Assembly (NCBI RefSeq): GCF_006345805.1
Contig: NW_021823704.1
Location: forward strand, 1 to 22,740
From: Octopus sinensis
Taxonomy: Eukaryota
Direction of reading: 5' to 3'
DNA: 22,740 bases
How positions within the stretch are numbered: position 1 is the stretch's first letter; every line of letters begins with the position of its first letter. Below, one piece after another: positions 21,173-22,740 of this stretch. Position numbers and translations under genes: made by a program. The notes under the pieces were generated by a model that did no database searches, was not told where the DNA came from, and saw only the letters and a list, made by a program, of their open reading frames with translations.

Positions 21173-21450
21173 ATTTTCTTATTGGACACAGGGCTGCACA
21201 CAGATGGGACAAGTTACAAGGTAGAGCTTTTGGGGATGAAAAAAAGAAAAAGTGCGTAGGTTTTCGATCAAAAGGGATCGTAAAAAGGAGAAAAAGGAAA
21301 AGAAAAAAGAAAAAGGGAAAGGAACAAAAGAAGAAAAATGAAAAAAAGAAGAAAAAAGAGGAAAAAAATGGGAAGAGGAAAAAAACGATCAATAGAGATC
21401 GTGTATCACAGTGTCATGATGTATGGTTGTAAAGGGAAAGCAAGTAGGTT
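21173..21450 (-). mobile_element. Probable LINE 3' UTR/terminus (L1/Tx1-like by recollection) whose last ~40 bp resemble the family D SINE tail
   Basis: Reverse complement is pyrimidine-rich and ends ...cttgtcccatctgtgtgcagccctgtgtccaataagaaaat. Clade assignment is not verified. Confidence 0.5.
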
Positions 21451-21464
21451 TATCCCGGGATAAA

Positions 21465-21682
21465 GATTACAGATAGAAGATAGATAATAGATAGATAGAT
21501 AGATTATATAGATATATAGATAGATAGATATAGATAGATAGATAGATAGATAGATAGATGGATAAGATTGATAGATAGAATAGATAGATAGATATATAGA
21601 TAGATAGATAGATAGATAGATGGATGGATGGATGGATGGATGAATGGATGGATAGAAAGATAGATAGATAGATAGATATATT
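21465..21682. repeat. (GATA)n/(GGAT)n array
   Basis: Directly visible. Confidence 0.95.
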
Positions 21683-21930
21683 TGATCACAGATGCACACC
21701 TTTTATTGCAAACACAAACATACGCACTCACGCATTACTCACACACATATACGCACGTTCTACTATCTGCGTACACACGCACGCATATAAACACCAGCAC
21801 CTAATCCCACGCGCACATGCACACATGCAAAAGACAAAAACCCCGCACACGCCTGTGCACTCAGCCCTTTGGGAGTGCCAGAGTAAAAGACAAGAAAAAT
21901 AAACAGTAGAATAATAAGCTACATCATTAA

Positions 21931-21984
21931 AGCTATGACGTGTGATGACACGTCACCACAGCTACTGCCTATGACGTCATAGCT
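21931..21984. promoter_or_regulatory. Cluster of TGACGT motifs including a full CRE-type palindrome
   Basis: TGACGTGT-gatg-ACACGTCA (21936-21955) and CTATGACGTCATAG (21969-21982). Confidence 0.3.
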
Positions 21985-22056
21985 AGTTATAGAAGTCAAT
22001 GCTTCGATATTACACTGCTACGCCATATCGGTTTGGTCACTTCTCTTTTGCAGCTA

Positions 22057-22096
<40 letters not shown>

Positions 22097-22306
22097 ATAC
22101 ATACACACACATATATATATATATATATATTATATATAATATATGTATGTATATGTGTATATGTATATGTATATATGTGTGTGTGTGTGTGTGTACACAC
22201 GTGCAGATACACACACACATACATACACACATACAAAGACGCACACATATACCCACGCACACAGAGACACAAACACAAACACACATATATATCCATATAT
22301 ATGTAT

Positions 22307-22352
<46 letters not shown>

Positions 22353-22700
22353 GGGGTGTATGTGTACACATATCCACATATATATATGCATATATGTGTG
22401 TTGTGTATGTGTATATTATATATATGTGTGTGTGTGTATGTGTGTGTATATATATATATGCATATGTGTGTGTGTGTATGTATATGTGTATGTATGTATG
22501 TACGTATGTATGTACGTATGTTATGTATGTATGTATGTATGTATGTAGTTATGTATGTATGGCTGTGCATATATGTAAGTATATGTGCATGTGTATCTGT
22601 GTCTACCTATGCATGGATAGATAGATAGATAGATAGATAGATACATACATACATACATACATACATACATACATACATACATACATACATACATACATTG
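22057..22700. repeat. Compound (TA)n/(CA)n/(TATG)n/(GATA)n/(CATA)n field
   Basis: Directly visible. Confidence 0.95.
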
Positions 22701-22740
22701 ATAGATATTGGCGTGATCGAGCAGAGGAAGCTCGCGGAAG

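Overview
Repeat-saturated eukaryotic DNA with no multi-exon gene I can reconstruct. It is AT-rich, and most ORFs in the supplied track are translations of microsatellites. The SINE families and the (TA)n/(CATA)n/(GATA)n density resemble octopus (octopod cephalopod) genomic DNA as I remember it; this is an inference, not a database result. Contents: four tRNA-derived SINE families (labelled A-D here), one with a perfect 18-bp TSD; a near full-length decayed Tc1 transposon (17915-19116); two decayed Penelope-like (PLE) GIY-YIG C-terminal remnants; an RTE-like 5' UTR; small CR1-like and L1/Tx1-like LINE remnants; two foldback/MITE-like inverted repeats; and several tandem duplications that may be long-read assembly artefacts. 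The most interesting signals are: (1) a minimal type I hammerhead ribozyme fold at 5888-5935 with a compensatory U3-A8 core; (2) an HDV-like double-pseudoknot fold at the RTE-like 5' end (2951-3015, minus); (3) a SINE with two 3' ends inside one TSD (10507-11017); (4) a SINE tail shared with a LINE-like 3' end in the same window; (5) an X-box/CCAAT/double-CACGTG promoter-like cluster (17191-17304); and (6) a candidate first coding exon (3730-3859). All alignments and folds were done by eye.
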